DNA of 64,000 nucleotides, taken from NCBI GenBank assembly GCA_951406725.2, contig OX597832.1, positions 38,440,001 to 38,504,000 of the forward strand, given 5' to 3'. Of this stretch, positions 1 to 14,899 are shown piece after piece. The stretch is from Octopus vulgaris. Lineage: Eukaryota. Below the pieces are notes generated by a model. That model worked only from the letters and a program-made list of their open reading frames with translations. It made no database searches and was not told the origin of the DNA. Position numbers and translations under genes: made by a program. How positions within the stretch are numbered: position 1 is the first letter of the stretch; the number at the start of each line of letters is the position of its first letter.

Positions 1-567
1 AGCTGAGTTAAATCACCTTCTTCCTTATTCGCTTTTGAATAAATTCACCGGGCGAGAGGCCCTTGCTTTTGTAACGCAACTTGCCAGATTTTTTTTTCTC
101 TCCAGTACTTCAGCAATTACTATTACACTTCTCTGTGGCTTGTAATACCAGAAAAAGTGTTGTTGATTTTAGTAATGCTTTCGAACCACTAAAAATTAAT
201 ATTTTTAGTGGTTCAAATATCATTACTCGCCCTAGTTGATTTCTTTTTTTTTTTTTTTTGCTCTTTGTGTTACTGTAACAGTTATTTTCTTTTTTTTTGC
301 GTCATGCCGTATCGCTATATAGTACTGGACGTCGTATTAAATGTATATAAAACGTGTGAAATAAAAATCTGAGTCAAAAGAGAATTATTCATGTTTGTTT
401 ATTCCAGATTTAGGGTTAAATACCCACACACTTAGAAGTTTCATTGATTAAAAAATGATTCGAAGAAATGAAAACATTTCATTCAGAAATATAAAAAAAA
501 AACTTCGCAATAAACCTATATTTCTGGAACTGTGTCGAGAGACATCCGTATGCCACAAAATGCAAAT

Positions 568-1160
<593 letters not shown>

Positions 1161-1546
1161 TATGAAGGCGAATAAAAGCAATCATAATAATCCCAGTCGC
1201 GTGAGCACATTGACTTTAGCAATAAATGTAATTAAAATATTTCTTAAATCTTTATAAATGTATAAGAGTTTGTTCATATATGTTTGTATGTGAGCATGTA
1301 TGTGTATGTATATATATATGCGTGTGGGTGTTTATATGCGAGAGTGTCACTGCGTGGGAGGACGCTTGTGTAATAGAACATTGCATAACTGGGATAGACA
1401 TTCTTGGGACCTCCCAAAGGAATTCCGTAAATCTAACTAAATTTTAAACGAATTTTTAAGACATAAATTAGAAATTCTCACATACCCGCATATTTAAACG
1501 TACACACATGCACCGTAACACGCAGGCACATACACACACGCGCATG

Positions 1547-1586
<40 letters not shown>

Positions 1587-2049
1587 CAAATACACATATC
1601 CATATATAGATACTAACACTCATGTTCTCGCACACACTCGCATTGACTTATACTAACAAATGACACAAAAAATCGACTGGTGACCTTTTAATTTAGAAAT
1701 ATAGAGTACGAAGACCACACACACACACTCACACACACCGCGCACACACACAAACACACACAGACACACACACACGCACATATATATATACATGTATGTA
1801 TGGGTGTCTGTGTCTCGTTAATCGTCAGACGCAAAGACCTTGCGGCAATTTTCCGGCTCTTTGCATTCTGAGTTCATATATTGCACCAAGATCAATTTTG
1901 CCCTTCATTTTCTCGCTAGTAATGAATTAAAGTACATAATATAACCTGTTCTCAAAATTGCTGGCCTTGTACCTAATTTAGAAATATCTGTACATATGTA
2001 TCTATTCACACACACACACACACATACACATACATATAAAAGCAATTTC

Positions 2050-2230
2050 TTTTTATTTGTTTTAGTCATTTGATTGTGATCATGCTGGAGCACAGCCTTT
2101 AGTCGAACAAATCGACCCCAGGATTTATTCTTTGTAAGCCTAGTACTTATTCTATCGGTCTCTCTTGCGGAAGTAAACACACCAGCATCGGTTGCCAAGC
2201 GATGTTGGGGGTACAAACACAGACACACAA

Positions 2231-2306
<76 letters not shown>

Positions 2307-2392
2307 GTCGGGCTTCTTTCAATTTCCGTCTACCAAATCCACTCACAAGGCTTTGGTCGGCCCGAGGCTATAGTAGAGACACTTGCCCAAGC
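2050..2392 (-). mobile_element. tRNA-derived SINE family B, 5'-truncated copy with internal microsatellite
   Basis: Reverse complement matches the full copy at 34421-34835 (ttgggcaagtgtc...gccttgtgagtggatttggtagacggaaa...gctccagcatg...tgactaaaacaa). Confidence 0.85.
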
Positions 2393-2410
2393 TGTGTGTG
2401 TGTGTGTATT

Positions 2411-2446
<36 letters not shown>

Positions 2447-2894
2447 CATGTAGGTACGTGTGCATGTATGTATGCATATTCATTTGTTCGACCTTTTAAC
2501 ATTTGTTTTCATGCTTGTGCGGGTTTGGACATAAACCTACGACAGACAGGACTTTTACGGCCTGATGTCCTCCCTGTAACCAGCCTCTACTTGATACTTT
2601 TATATTTTTTTTACAAATAACGAATTCGCTTATTCCACGGATTTTCGAAGCAGGAGGACGACCGCTCACAATGTAAACAAGGAGTGTCAACATGATCACT
2701 TCTTCCTCCAAGTGGTGACAGCATTGAATATAAACACAAACGGACATCCACATTCACTGCACAGACACATATACATACGCACGCATATACACACATTTAC
2801 ACACATAAATACAAATATCCAACAAAGCTCCTATAGTTTCTGTCTATCAAATTTCACTCATATAGCATTGGTCGCAGCATGGCTACGAGAAACG

Positions 2895-2956
<62 letters not shown>

Positions 2957-2984
2957 CATACATATGTATATATATATACATATA

Positions 2985-3145
<161 letters not shown>

Positions 3146-3790
3146 GTATAACATTTATATTATTAACCTTCTCTGGTTTTCTTGCAAAACTTTAGAAGAA
3201 AGTGAATATCATTAGCATATATGTTTAACATATAACATTTCTGTTCTTTAATGTTGTTGTTCCTGCTGTTGTGCCTACAAAGTTTCATTGAATGACAAAT
3301 ATAACTTGATAATCAAAAATTACAATTTCTTTTATTCCACCTCGCTACATCCATGCCACTGTGTACCGAAATTTTAATGTGAATCTATCGCTAATACATA
3401 CAATAGGATTTCTGTTATTGGACCTTTTTGGTTCTCATGCTGTTTTGTGGTACTTTAGTTACTTTTGTTCTTCATACCTACGGCCATTCTGGTGCACCAC
3501 ATTGCGTAATGTAAGTTTAGCAGTAAAGCAGGTATGATTTCTTGAGGCATGTTATATTACTCCTTTAAACTCTCTAAAATTCCGTTCACTCTATTTCTAT
3601 CACTTCACATCCTCCTTTCAAACTTATATCCTTATTTATTCCTTCTCCAACCACCTCTCGCTTTACACATACACAAAGACCAAATGTTTTACAAATGTAA
3701 ACGCACAAATACACATATGCATACACACACACACACATATACATATATATAGTTCCAGATACTAACATACTATCAATCTTGCTCTCTCTC

Positions 3791-3837
<47 letters not shown>

Positions 3838-3949
3838 CACACATACACACACAGTAATTCCCATATACACTCAACAAGAAACGATGAAATTAGAAGCCCT
3901 TGCAAGCACAGGGCAGCATTTGGTTAAAAAGGGCTCATATACAGACTGG

Positions 3950-4500
3950 CTAATAAACTGTTGAACAAGATGCTATTGCAAAAAGCTGTACCATTTTCAT
4001 AGAGAAAATAATGTTGTCAATACTATTGATGTTTCAATGGAAATGAAAATCGTCTCGACTGTTGGATATACAGTGGAAGGATTGTCTTGATGGCTGTATC
4101 AAAATTATAGAGTGTCTTCACTTATAAAAATAAAGAGTGATCGTAGAACAACGATTTCATCTAAAAACAATAGGACAGATGCTATTGCATGTGATAGAGA
4201 GCACAAGCCAGCACTGTTGCAGAGAATAGATGTACAATGAATGTGAGTGTCTCGTCAAAAATTGAGGAATATGAAAATATCTATCGATAAATGGCGAGAA
4301 ACCTAGTCTTTATATCCAGGATGCAGATATTCATTTGTATCATGGGTGCACTGGGCCACGTAATAATGGATCTCATACAAACCAAGTAATTCTTTAGTTC
4401 TTCCACCCCAAAAGAACAAGCAAACTGATTCACATTCACCAAAGAAAATCTACAGAAGGTAGAGTGAAGATTTATAAAGCATTCTAAGGATGAACTATTT
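3950..4500 (+). mobile_element. Degraded 3' fragment of an RLE-type (R4/Dong-like) non-LTR retrotransposon, restriction-like endonuclease region
   Basis: Broken frames give KNNRTDAIACDRE (cf. HNRPDIV motif), LYPG, IMGALGHV and VKIYKAFLRM. Homologous to 10540-10820 (-). Confidence 0.65.
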
Positions 4501-4549
4501 GAAGCTTTTCGGTTGAAGACATACACGTGCAGACATATAAAAGGAAAGA

Positions 4550-4582
<33 letters not shown>

Positions 4583-5354
4583 GCAAAGCAAAGTTGTGTA
4601 CTAAGGTGAATTGCACATCTATAGCAAGAGGGCAAGTCTTTAGATGCAGAATTATATACTGACACATACACACGAACGCGCTCACACAGAAACACAGACT
4701 CACTGACACATAAATATGCACAAATCTACCAATTCTGATATCCACAAAACCCAAGAGGTTGGCTTAAACAAAAGAGCTTTGCAACTTTGCTTGTGACCGC
4801 CTTGAGTTTTGTAGTGAAAACCTTGAAAAAATCCTATAATTACCTCAATGATTCAGTAACCTGTTCTTCGCATCTATTCTATCTCTAAACTTTCTTTCTA
4901 TGTTCTCTGTCAGTTTGTTTATAAGTTTGTCTCTCTTCTTCACTCACTCGCCATCCATTCTTCGTCGAGTTTATTTACCACTCGCTGTCCTTCACCTCCT
5001 TCCTATCTTTTATTCCATTTTGTTTCTTCCAGAATTTCTCAGCCATAGAACAATCATACGCATGCATACATACATACATACCTGCATACATACATACATA
5101 CATACATACATACATACATACATACATACATACATACATACATACAAACATACATACATACATACATACATACATACATACATACATACATAATACATAC
5201 AAACATACATACATACATACATACATACATACATACATACATACATACATACATACATACATACATACATACATACATACATACATACATACATACATAC
5301 ATACATACATACATACATAATACATATATATATGTGTGTGTATATATGTGTGTG

Positions 5355-5385
<31 letters not shown>

Positions 5386-5519
5386 GTTATATCATATATT
5401 ATACATTATATATATACACACACATACACACACGCGTACACGCACGCACATACACACATACTCATGTGTTTATATATATATACACATACATACATACTCA
5501 TGTGTTTATATATATATAC

Positions 5520-5568
<49 letters not shown>

Positions 5569-5999
5569 TATGTATATATATGCATATATATATGTATATA
5601 TATATGTATATATGTATATTTATATATATATATATATATATATACTGATGTATGTCTCTGAGTCTATATATGTGTGTATGAAGTATAGAAATAGGAAAAG
5701 AACAGCCGCACCAAGCCACACATAGAACGAACAATACACTCAAAGTTCGCTACACAAATGAAACGGGCTCTCATTGTAAAACCGATGAAAGAGTCTTAAC
5801 GAAGATAATTAAAATAAACGTACGTTGCAACAAGCCGCAAGTCAAATGAAAATTACTTATTTATTTTATAAAAACCTACAAAACTTGGAGACAGCCAAAC
5901 TTAACGAATGCAGAAAGAACTAGCAATATAAGTTTTGTACTGTATTACACAACAGCTAACAGTTATATTAAAACCGATGCATAGAATAGAATGCAAACT

Positions 6000-6031
<32 letters not shown>

Positions 6032-6734
6032 CTACGGTGCGACTGTAACCAGCACCTCTTCTTTCAGGCATGAAAATAAAGATTTTTCTGAAATAATTAA
6101 TACTTTGTTAATGTTAGAGGTTAATTGGATATAAATAACAGACTCTATTTCATAGGGGAATTCATCTGAATGTCTTTATTTTGTTTTTCTTGCTTTTGTT
6201 TTTTTTATTTTTTTCTATTTCCTTTTTCCCAGCATTCCTTTCTTTCAAACAAAACTTCTTGTCACTCTTTAGTTTTCAGGTTAAATGAAATCAAATAAAA
6301 AAAATACTTATTTATTTAATAAAAAATCTACAAAACTTGGAGACAGCAAACTTAACGAATTTTTTTGTTTCTATCATAATAGGCGCATGCGTGGCTCTGT
6401 CGTAAGAAATCTGCTTCCCAACCGCATGGCTCCAAGTTCACTCACAGACGACGGAGAAATCTCTCTCTCATTCTCTCTTTCTTTCTCTCTCTATATATAA
6501 TTTTTTTTGAAAAAAACATTGTAAATTTCTTTTTTCCCCTTCCTCAATTTTAAAATAATTTATTTTCTTCTTCCAAATCTTGAAAATTTGCCTTGCAATG
6601 AAAACCGGTTTGATTTATTATTTATTCTTTTTTTTAATTTTCCATACACCCATTTTTATTAAAATTTACTTTCATTTTAGCATTCTGTCTTATTATATTT
6701 TTTCCTCTCCTATATATATATATATATAATAAAA

Positions 6735-7068
6735 TATTAGGGAATAAATCCAAACTTACAGGGAAAAATCAGATTTAGGATTGAATCCAATTTTATAGTA
6801 AAATATTATATTATATTAAATTAGAGATAAAACCACTATTAGACAAATCATACAATGAAAAACTTAAGCCAATACATAAGATTAATTAATTTATATTATT
6901 TTAAATATATATCAAAATTATTAAAAAAAGATAATTACTAATTATCTTTTTTTAATAATTTTGATATATATTTAAAATAATATAAATTAATTAATCTTAT
7001 GTATTGGCTTAAGTTTTTCATTGTATGATTTGCCTAATAGTATTTTATCTCTAATTTAATATAATATA
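6735..7068. mobile_element. AT-rich Penelope-like terminal fragment with near-perfect fold-back (arms ~6807-6936 and 6940-7068), between (TA)n tracts
   Basis: Arms are reverse complements over ~130 bp around a 3-nt loop. The arm is homologous to the adjacent hammerhead-bearing element at 7086-7405. Confidence 0.7.
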
Positions 7069-7085
7069 TACATATATATATATAT

Positions 7086-7402
7086 AATATTAATTAGAGA
7101 CAAAACCACTATTATGCAAATCAAACAAAGAAAGACTTAATCCAATACATAAAAAATTTTATATAAATTAAATATAATTAAGATATCCACTACGATCGTT
7201 TCTTGTCACTTCAATGGACATTCATCAGGTGGTTTCAAGACCTAAAATATAATCAATATTTTTAAGATATAAATTTGAAATGACTAATATATATAAAATA
7301 TATGCATTTAATATAGGATAAAATTTTCGAAAAAATGTTATCAATGGCCGGCATATTAAAAAAATACCTTTAAAGGTTAAATTGAAGCCCTTGTTTATAA
7401 GT

Positions 7403-7405
<3 letters not shown>
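7086..7405 (-). mobile_element. Short non-coding hammerhead-bearing element (Penelope-like pLTR / retrozyme-like) in (TA)n
   Basis: Flanked by TA repeats, no ORF, and contains the ribozyme motif at 7187-7232. Confidence 0.65.
7187..7232 (-). ncRNA. Minimal type-I hammerhead ribozyme
   Basis: Minus strand: CCAC-CUGAUGA-A-UGUC(CAUUGAAGU)GACA-A-GAAA-CGAUCG-UA-GUGG. Stem I CCAC/GUGG, palindromic stem III ACGAUCGU, GUA cleavage triplet. Confidence 0.8.
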
Positions 7406-7442
<37 letters not shown>

Positions 7443-7890
7443 TCCTTGTTCAGCAATCCTATGGTCAAAGACGCTAACATTGCTCAATTTATTGAATATG
7501 ATGATCGCAGAGTGTGATCTGTTGACATTTTCCTGTTGGCTGCTATTGCTTCAGTGAGTGTAAGAGTGCGCACATGTAGGTGTGTGTATCAGTACGTGTC
7601 TGTTTTATCTTAATGTTGTCCAAGATATGCGATCAATCGTTTTATATGAGATACCTTGACTATGCCATCTACAGTATCAACAGCTTTGATAAGTAATCTT
7701 GTGTAAAGTAACCCAAGAGTGCAATCTATGCTATCAACAACGGCTGAGAGCAGAAGCAGGTTTCGAAACCGAAGGAAAATCTTAGATTTTCCAACTACTT
7801 TACTGTCACTTGCCGGGTCGAGAGAAAGGGATAGTGCCCTGCTAATACTCTTCAAGTTATTGCAAGGCTAGATTCTTAATCACTCGGTCA

Positions 7891-7977
<87 letters not shown>

Positions 7978-7992
7978 ATATATATATATATA

Positions 7993-8392
7993 CTCTTTTA
8001 CTCTTTTACTTGTTTCAGTCATTTGACTGCGGCCATGCTGGAGCACCGCCTTTAGTCGAGCAACTCGACCCCGGGACTTATTCTTTGTAAGCCCGGTACG
8101 TATTCTATCGGTTTCTTTTGCCGAACCGCTAAGTGACGGGGACGTAAACACACCAGCATCGGTTGTCAAGCAATGCTAGGGGGACAAACACAGACACACA
8201 AACACATACACACACACATATATATATATATACATATATACGACAGGCTTCTTTCCGTCTACCAAATCCACTCACAAGGCATTGGTAGGCCCGGGGCTAT
8301 AGCAGAAGACACTTGCCTGAGATGCCACGCTGTGGGACTGAACCCAGAAACATGTGGTTGGTTAGCAAGCTACTTACCACACAGCCACTCCT
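7993..8392 (-). mobile_element. tRNA-derived SINE family B, near full length
   Basis: Reverse complement begins aggagtggctgtgtggtaag (A box) ...gggttcagtccc (B box) and ends tgactgaaacaagtaaaagag. Matches 34421-34835. Confidence 0.9.
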
Positions 8393-8877
8393 ATATAACA
8401 GTGTACATTTAAACACAAGAGAAACTACCTTTAATAGGTAATTTTACACGCTAGAAGAAGCAGTCAAAATGACCAAAACCACATTTAAGAGGTATTTCGA
8501 AGGGAATGAAAAATAAAACTTTTACCTTGTTTTTTTTTTGTTATTTTTTTTTACCTTGCAATATATATATATATATTTATATATCATAACATATCATATC
8601 ATATCACATCATATCAAATCATATAGCTATTTCTTACTTATAAATACATCGAGAAAAATGCAGCCTGCTGTGTGGAAATGAAAGAAACGCTGTCATAAAC
8701 TCTGTTTGCGATTGTTCAATCTGGCTACAAACTCGCCTGTTTTGGTTAGCACTCTTTTGATAACTAAGGATTTTTCTGACCCCTTGTGGACATGAGTCAA
8801 TCTTACCGGTGGTGGTGGTGGTGGTTGTCGTCGTCGTTGTCGCCGTTGTGATTATGTTGATGATGATGATGATGATG

Positions 8878-8985
<108 letters not shown>

Positions 8986-9570
8986 GAATTAGAATTACTC
9001 CATTACCATCAGCGACGATGAGGAACGTTGAATTCAATTGATAAGGTTTGCTGCGAGAGAGCGGAAAAACGGCGTTAATGAGCTTCTGTGGCATTTTTGA
9101 TCCGAAAGTGATTTAAAGTGAAACCATTGGAGAAAAATGTTAGCAAGTTGTTAGAATACAAACAATGATTGATGTAAGTTATTTAGCAAGTAGCATTTGT
9201 GGAGCGAAAACAATCCGGTGAAATGAACTGTTAAATCGTTACGAATTCCTTAATTTGATTTTCTTCTTCAATTTATTCCTTCTTTTCGTTGACAAAATTA
9301 GTTTCTATTTATTTATTGAATTATATATTTAGTCAGTTATTCTTTGTTGATTTCCTTATTTTGCTCCTTATTTCTGATGATTCTTCATTCTCCTTTTTTT
9401 CTTTTTTTTCTTTTTCCTTATTTTGTTTCTTTTTTATTCTCATTTCCCACTTTTCCGTTCTTCCACGCTTCCGACGTCATTGCAGATCCAGCACACAAGC
9501 TCTACTTCTCTTTCTCGCTTTCTCTCTCTCTCTCCCTCTCCCTCTCCCTCTCTCTCTCTCACCCACTCAC

Positions 9571-9607
<37 letters not shown>

Positions 9608-9610
9608 TCC

Positions 9611-9681
<71 letters not shown>

Positions 9682-9833
9682 TCCTCACTTTCTCTCCTGT
9701 TGACAGGGATGCTTTATTCTAAACTGTTTCATTTCGCTTTCTAGAAGAATCTATTCTATTATTTGAGGAAAACAGATAATAGACTTATCCAGAGAGACAG
9801 GTAGGTATAGATAAGTGGAGTGAGAAGAAAGGA

Positions 9834-9919
<86 letters not shown>

Positions 9920-10043
9920 TGTGTGTGTATGGATAGATAGATAGATAGATAGATAGATTGATTGATAGATAGATAGATAGATAGACTATATAGGGGAAAA
10001 TAGATGGAAGGTGAGTGAATGAGTAGGGGAGTGAGTGAAAGGG

Positions 10044-10135
<92 letters not shown>

Positions 10136-10239
10136 TGTTTTTCAATTCATTTATTTCTAGAAAATGTAGAATATGACACGACCTCTGAAGTGTAAAACCA
10201 AGATTAATTAATTTATATAACAACGTTATGCACGGAATA

Positions 10240-10360
10240 TAGATGGCTGAGTGGACAGGGTAGTATATGAGCAAAGCCAAGAGGCTGGCGGTTCGAATCC
10301 ATTGATAATAAGCACCACAATATCGGAAGAAGTCCCTTGCTCCTGGCAACATAATTGGCC
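10240..10360 (+). mobile_element. Degenerate tRNA-like SINE head
   Basis: A box gatggctgagtgg and B box ggttcgaatcc at tRNA-like spacing, with no cloverleaf acceptor stem. Confidence 0.45.
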
Positions 10361-10539
10361 GAGTCGTGTTTGATTGCTACCTTTGAGTATGTGTAAGAAA
10401 TGAATGAACCATAACGGGTTTATTTGCCCAGATTACACAACAAGAAGATAGGATCTATTCACGGTTAATTTTCAGAGATCCCTCTGTGAATGAATGGAGC
10501 TAACGATATTCTTCTAAGTTAGCCCTTTTTATAATCTGA

Positions 10540-10820
10540 TGCCATTCATTAAGCTTAGCACTATCATCTTGCAACTTGGATGTTTTTAGCAGAGATGCTT
10601 CTGTTGCAAGCATCCAAGCCAGGCTGTTTTTCTCTTTCTCTCCTTGAGTCAGACTCTGAAACCAGTAAAAGAGTCATCGGTATAATCTAATGTCTTAGCT
10701 CTGTAGTCTTCAAATCAGCTATCTCCTTTCGGGTTTTGAAAAGCCTAATTTCTCAAGATTGGTACTTAGGCAGTGTGTTGCATATCCCAGTGCCCCAATA
10801 ATTACAGGTATAAATCTAAC
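10540..10820 (-). mobile_element. 3' fragment of an RLE-type (R4/Dong-like) non-LTR retrotransposon
   Basis: Minus strand translates RFIPVIIGALGYATHCLSTNLEKLGFSKPERR*LI*RLQ, a typical RLE C-terminus. Confidence 0.75.
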
Positions 10821-11789
10821 TAAAAGATAAAATAAGTCCACTTCTTCGCTCAATAAATAGCAGCCGAATCTTCTTCAAATCACACCCTGCCGTCTTGAAG
10901 GAAAACATTTTGAGCAATGGATATCAGAAAAAATGGTTTGATTACAGCTACAATGTCGTTGATCATAGAAATGTTCAATCAGGATTATCTTGGATTAAAC
11001 AACATATTATATTATATATCTTCTCTAATCCGAGCTCTGTGTTACTTGCTTTTAACTCTGACCCTTTAGCTAATTCTCCCTTTATATCTTCTCTTACTGC
11101 AGCCCTGAATTACGAGCTCTTAACGCAGTCCTTTCAGCAAATTATTCTTCCGAGTTGTCTCTTATCAGAACTCTGTGTTACAAACTTTTAGCCAAGTCCT
11201 TTTTTCTACAAAACAAAAAAGGCCTTCTGAAACACATCTCCCTATTCCTCTTTTCCGTTTCACCGACCAGATTCAGCCAAAAGTGATTTATTAAATCATT
11301 CTTCCCAACTAGAATAATTAATTTTTAAATACGACTTTTGGATTATTTATTTTGTCGAGATTTTGATTTCTGTTTTCGTGTGTGTGTGTGTGTGTGTTAT
11401 GTGCGCGTGTGTGTGTATGAGATGTCGATGTGTGTGTGAAATAATAAAGAAATAGCTTTCGATAAGATTACTTCGAGATCCTTCTCTTAGATACTTCTCT
11501 TAAATTATAGAAAATTGCTTTGAATAATGTGTTGACTGAGAGCCTGTTTGCGCGTATAACACAGTATACACGCATACACTCATACACATACATGCTTACA
11601 CTCGCGCTCGAGCACACACACGCATAAACATACATACATGCGCTGGACCATACGTACGCTTACAAACAGACTTCTGTGTATACAGAAGCTAACGAACACA
11701 AATATATACACATATGCTAACACATGCACACACACACACAAACAAACGCACAAGACGCACTGTCAGCGTCTCTCTTTTCCTCTCTTCTC

Positions 11790-11827
<38 letters not shown>

Positions 11828-12316
11828 TCCTACCACAATCTCCGTTTCACTTCACTCTCTTTATTCAGTCACTCACTATATTAGATTATCTTCAACTCTC
11901 CTCATTCACATGACATTTTCTCTCCACTTCTCCCAATTTTTCTCAGTATCTTTTTCTCTCCCTCTCACACTTTCAACCTCTTCCTCCTCCTTCCCTCTCC
12001 CCCTCTCTCTCTCTCTCTCTCTCTCCCTTCTTTCTGTCGCTTTTTGACTTTACCCTTCTCCCTGCAATCTCTATCTATCAAATTCCCGCCTTCATTGACT
12101 TAATCCAAAAGTTACGAAACCTCATTTTTTTTCTCAATTCTGCCATTACAAACATATCAATCTGTTTTGATTCCATCAAGCTTTAACTACAAATTAAAGC
12201 GAACTCCTGGTGGGAAGTCCACACCTCTTATTTACAGGGACGGTGCACAAAAAATCCAAAGACAGCGTCTTCCTGGGTCACGCGGTAACTAATACAGGAC
12301 GCAGGCATAACCAAAG

Positions 12317-12550
12317 GGCGACGAGCTGGCAGAAACGTTAGCACGCCGGGCGAAATGCTGAGCGGTATTTCGTCTGCCGTTACGTTCTGAGTTCAAATTC
12401 CGCCGAGGTCGACCTTGCCTTTCATCCTTTCGGGGTCGATTAAATAAGTACCAGTTACGCACTGGGGTCGATACAATCGACTTAATCCGTTTGTCTGTCC
12501 TTGTTTGTCCTCCCTGTATTTAGCCCATTGTGGGCAAGTAAAGAAATAGG
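12317..12550 (+). mobile_element. tRNA-derived SINE family A, full length with target-site duplication
   Basis: ggcgacgagctggcagaaacgttag...gagttcaaattcc...gcctttcatcctttcggggtcgat...aaagaaatag. The sequence aggcataaccaa is repeated on both flanks. Confidence 0.92.
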
Positions 12551-13519
12551 CATAACCAACAGGTTAACACGTACGCTTCACAACCACGAATTTCGATGTT
12601 CGTTCCCTATGTATCGCATATCGATAAACAGTCCTTTGCCATATTCAGGTGTCTATCCAAGCTTTCCGACTTAAAGTAAATTGACGGAAACTGCGGAAGT
12701 CCTTAGAAAGAGTTATTCCTGTATTTCAACGGAATGGGGCGATTAAACGAAATAGATGACATACGATGTTATCTAAAGATAAAGTTAGTCAACGTTTTCT
12801 TCTCGAGTCATGCTAACACAAAAGGGCCGGTTTCCCAGTTTCCATGGCGTAAACATTCCGCACCTGGACGAGACGCTGTTCCGTCACAAGACGCTGCTCA
12901 TTTTTGCCATTTGAGTAGATTGGAGGAACGTGAAATGAAGTGTTTTGCTCAAGAACACAACGCACCACCCGATCCAGGAATCGAAACCGCAATCTTATAT
13001 ACACGCACACGTATATAGTGAGAAACACATAGAGACACACTGTAAAAAGTAATTAGTATAATGAATACTGATAAATCAAAAATATAGTTTTATTTAATTC
13101 TCTATTTGGTAATCCACGAGAAAGGTTTCTTAAGTACTCGACAACATTAAACTTAGGACCGTTTTACCCCTCCTTATATCCGCATCTCAATGCTGTTTTC
13201 TGCTTTTTGCAGTGGTTTATGTTCAATTAATAAAAACCAATTTATTGTTATGTACAAGAGATATAATATTTTCTCGGTGCCAAAATGTTTTGGCGACATA
13301 AATTCACGTCGTTAAATTGGGTTTGTGCTGAATCGATCAAAACGTATCTAAGCCGTAATTCAAAAGTGCAGCGTTATCACACACTGTCGCGCTGATTCTA
13401 TTTGAGAAATATAAGTGCTCGCGGAATACTCAGCCGCTTATATTACAATTGAACAAATAGTTCACTTGATCGAAATTTTCATCGAAACTATCGGAAGTTC
13501 ATTTAATTATTTTCTTAGT

Positions 13520-13690
13520 GCTTGGTGGCATTTCCTCCGTTCTCTATGTTCTGAGCTCAAGTTCTGCCGGGGAAGACTTTCTCTTTCCTCCTTTCAAGGG
13601 CAATAAAATAAGTACCAGTTGAGCACTGGGGTCGGTGTAATCGACTTATACCCTCACCAAATTGCTGGCTTTCTATCAATATTCCAAGCC
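13520..13690 (+). mobile_element. SINE family A, degenerate
   Basis: gttctgagctcaagttctgcc...aaaataagtaccagttgagcactggggtcggtgtaatcgact. Confidence 0.7.
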
Positions 13691-14234
13691 AAAATCAAAA
13701 ATACGAGATCACACGTTTTTTGGGTAGCCCAATTTGTGTATATTTTACCAAATAATATAATATGAAAACGTCGGCAGGATTTGAACTCAAAGCGCAGATA
13801 ATTGTAATTAAGTGACGCAAGATATTTCATTCGTTACTCTACCGATTCTATTCTCGACACCTTAATTTCCGACTCACTAACCGACGCAACAACCTTAATA
13901 CCAATTCACTCGCACACATACACATGCACACAGAAATGCACACGCATCAAACGCACACAACGAACGTAATTCACTTCCTCTTTCCACCATTCACACTGCA
14001 TCACTTAAGCCGAATTATAAAGTCAGCCATCTTCCTTAACTTATCGTCTGCTGGAAGCAGTGAGAATCTTCTCTGGATTCAGTGAAGCAGAGATGAATTG
14101 AAGGTTTGATGACTGTCAACAGCACACCGCCATTGCTACACACCGCCACTCCTCTATTTCCTCGAAAACCAACTAAAACAACAAATTTACAGCGTTACCA
14201 ACACAAACACCGACATTACTTTAAGAAATATCGC

Positions 14235-14307
<73 letters not shown>

Positions 14308-14324
14308 ATTATTATCATTACTTA

Positions 14325-14533
14325 AGGCGGTGAGCTGGCAGAATCGTTAGCGCACCGGGGGAAATGCTTAGTGGCATATCGTCCGTCGCTACGTTCTGAG
14401 TTCAAATTTCACCGGCGTCGACTTTGCCTTTCATCCTTCGGAGTCGATAAAATAAGTACCAGTTGAGTATTGGGGTCGATTTAATCGACTCACTCCCTTC
14501 CTCAAATTTCAGGCCTTGTGCCTATAGTAGAAA
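14325..14533 (+). mobile_element. SINE family A, inserted in (TTA)n; a second truncated copy follows at ~14560-14700
   Basis: aggcggtgagctggcagaatcgttag...gcctttcatccttcggagtcgataaaataagtacc. Confidence 0.88.
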
Positions 14534-14789
14534 TTATTATTATTATTATTATTATTGAGGACGTGAGCTAGCAGTATCGTTAGCACGCTCGACGAAATGC
14601 TTAGCGGTATTTCGTCCATCTTTATGTTCTGGGTTCAAATTCCGCCGAAGTTGACTTTGCCTTTCATTCTTTCGGGGTGGATAAATTAAGAACCAGTGAA
14701 AGTCTAAATGAATGAAACTAGAAGAATACAAGTGTATATATATATGTGTGTGTGTATAAATATGCTTGTATGCATATATATACATATAC

Positions 14790-14848
<59 letters not shown>

Positions 14849-14856
14849 CATACATC

Positions 14857-14899
<43 letters not shown>

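Noticed and set aside
7610-7855. 81-aa minus-strand ORF in unique sequence
   Set aside because: It has no recognisable motif or convincing splice signals.
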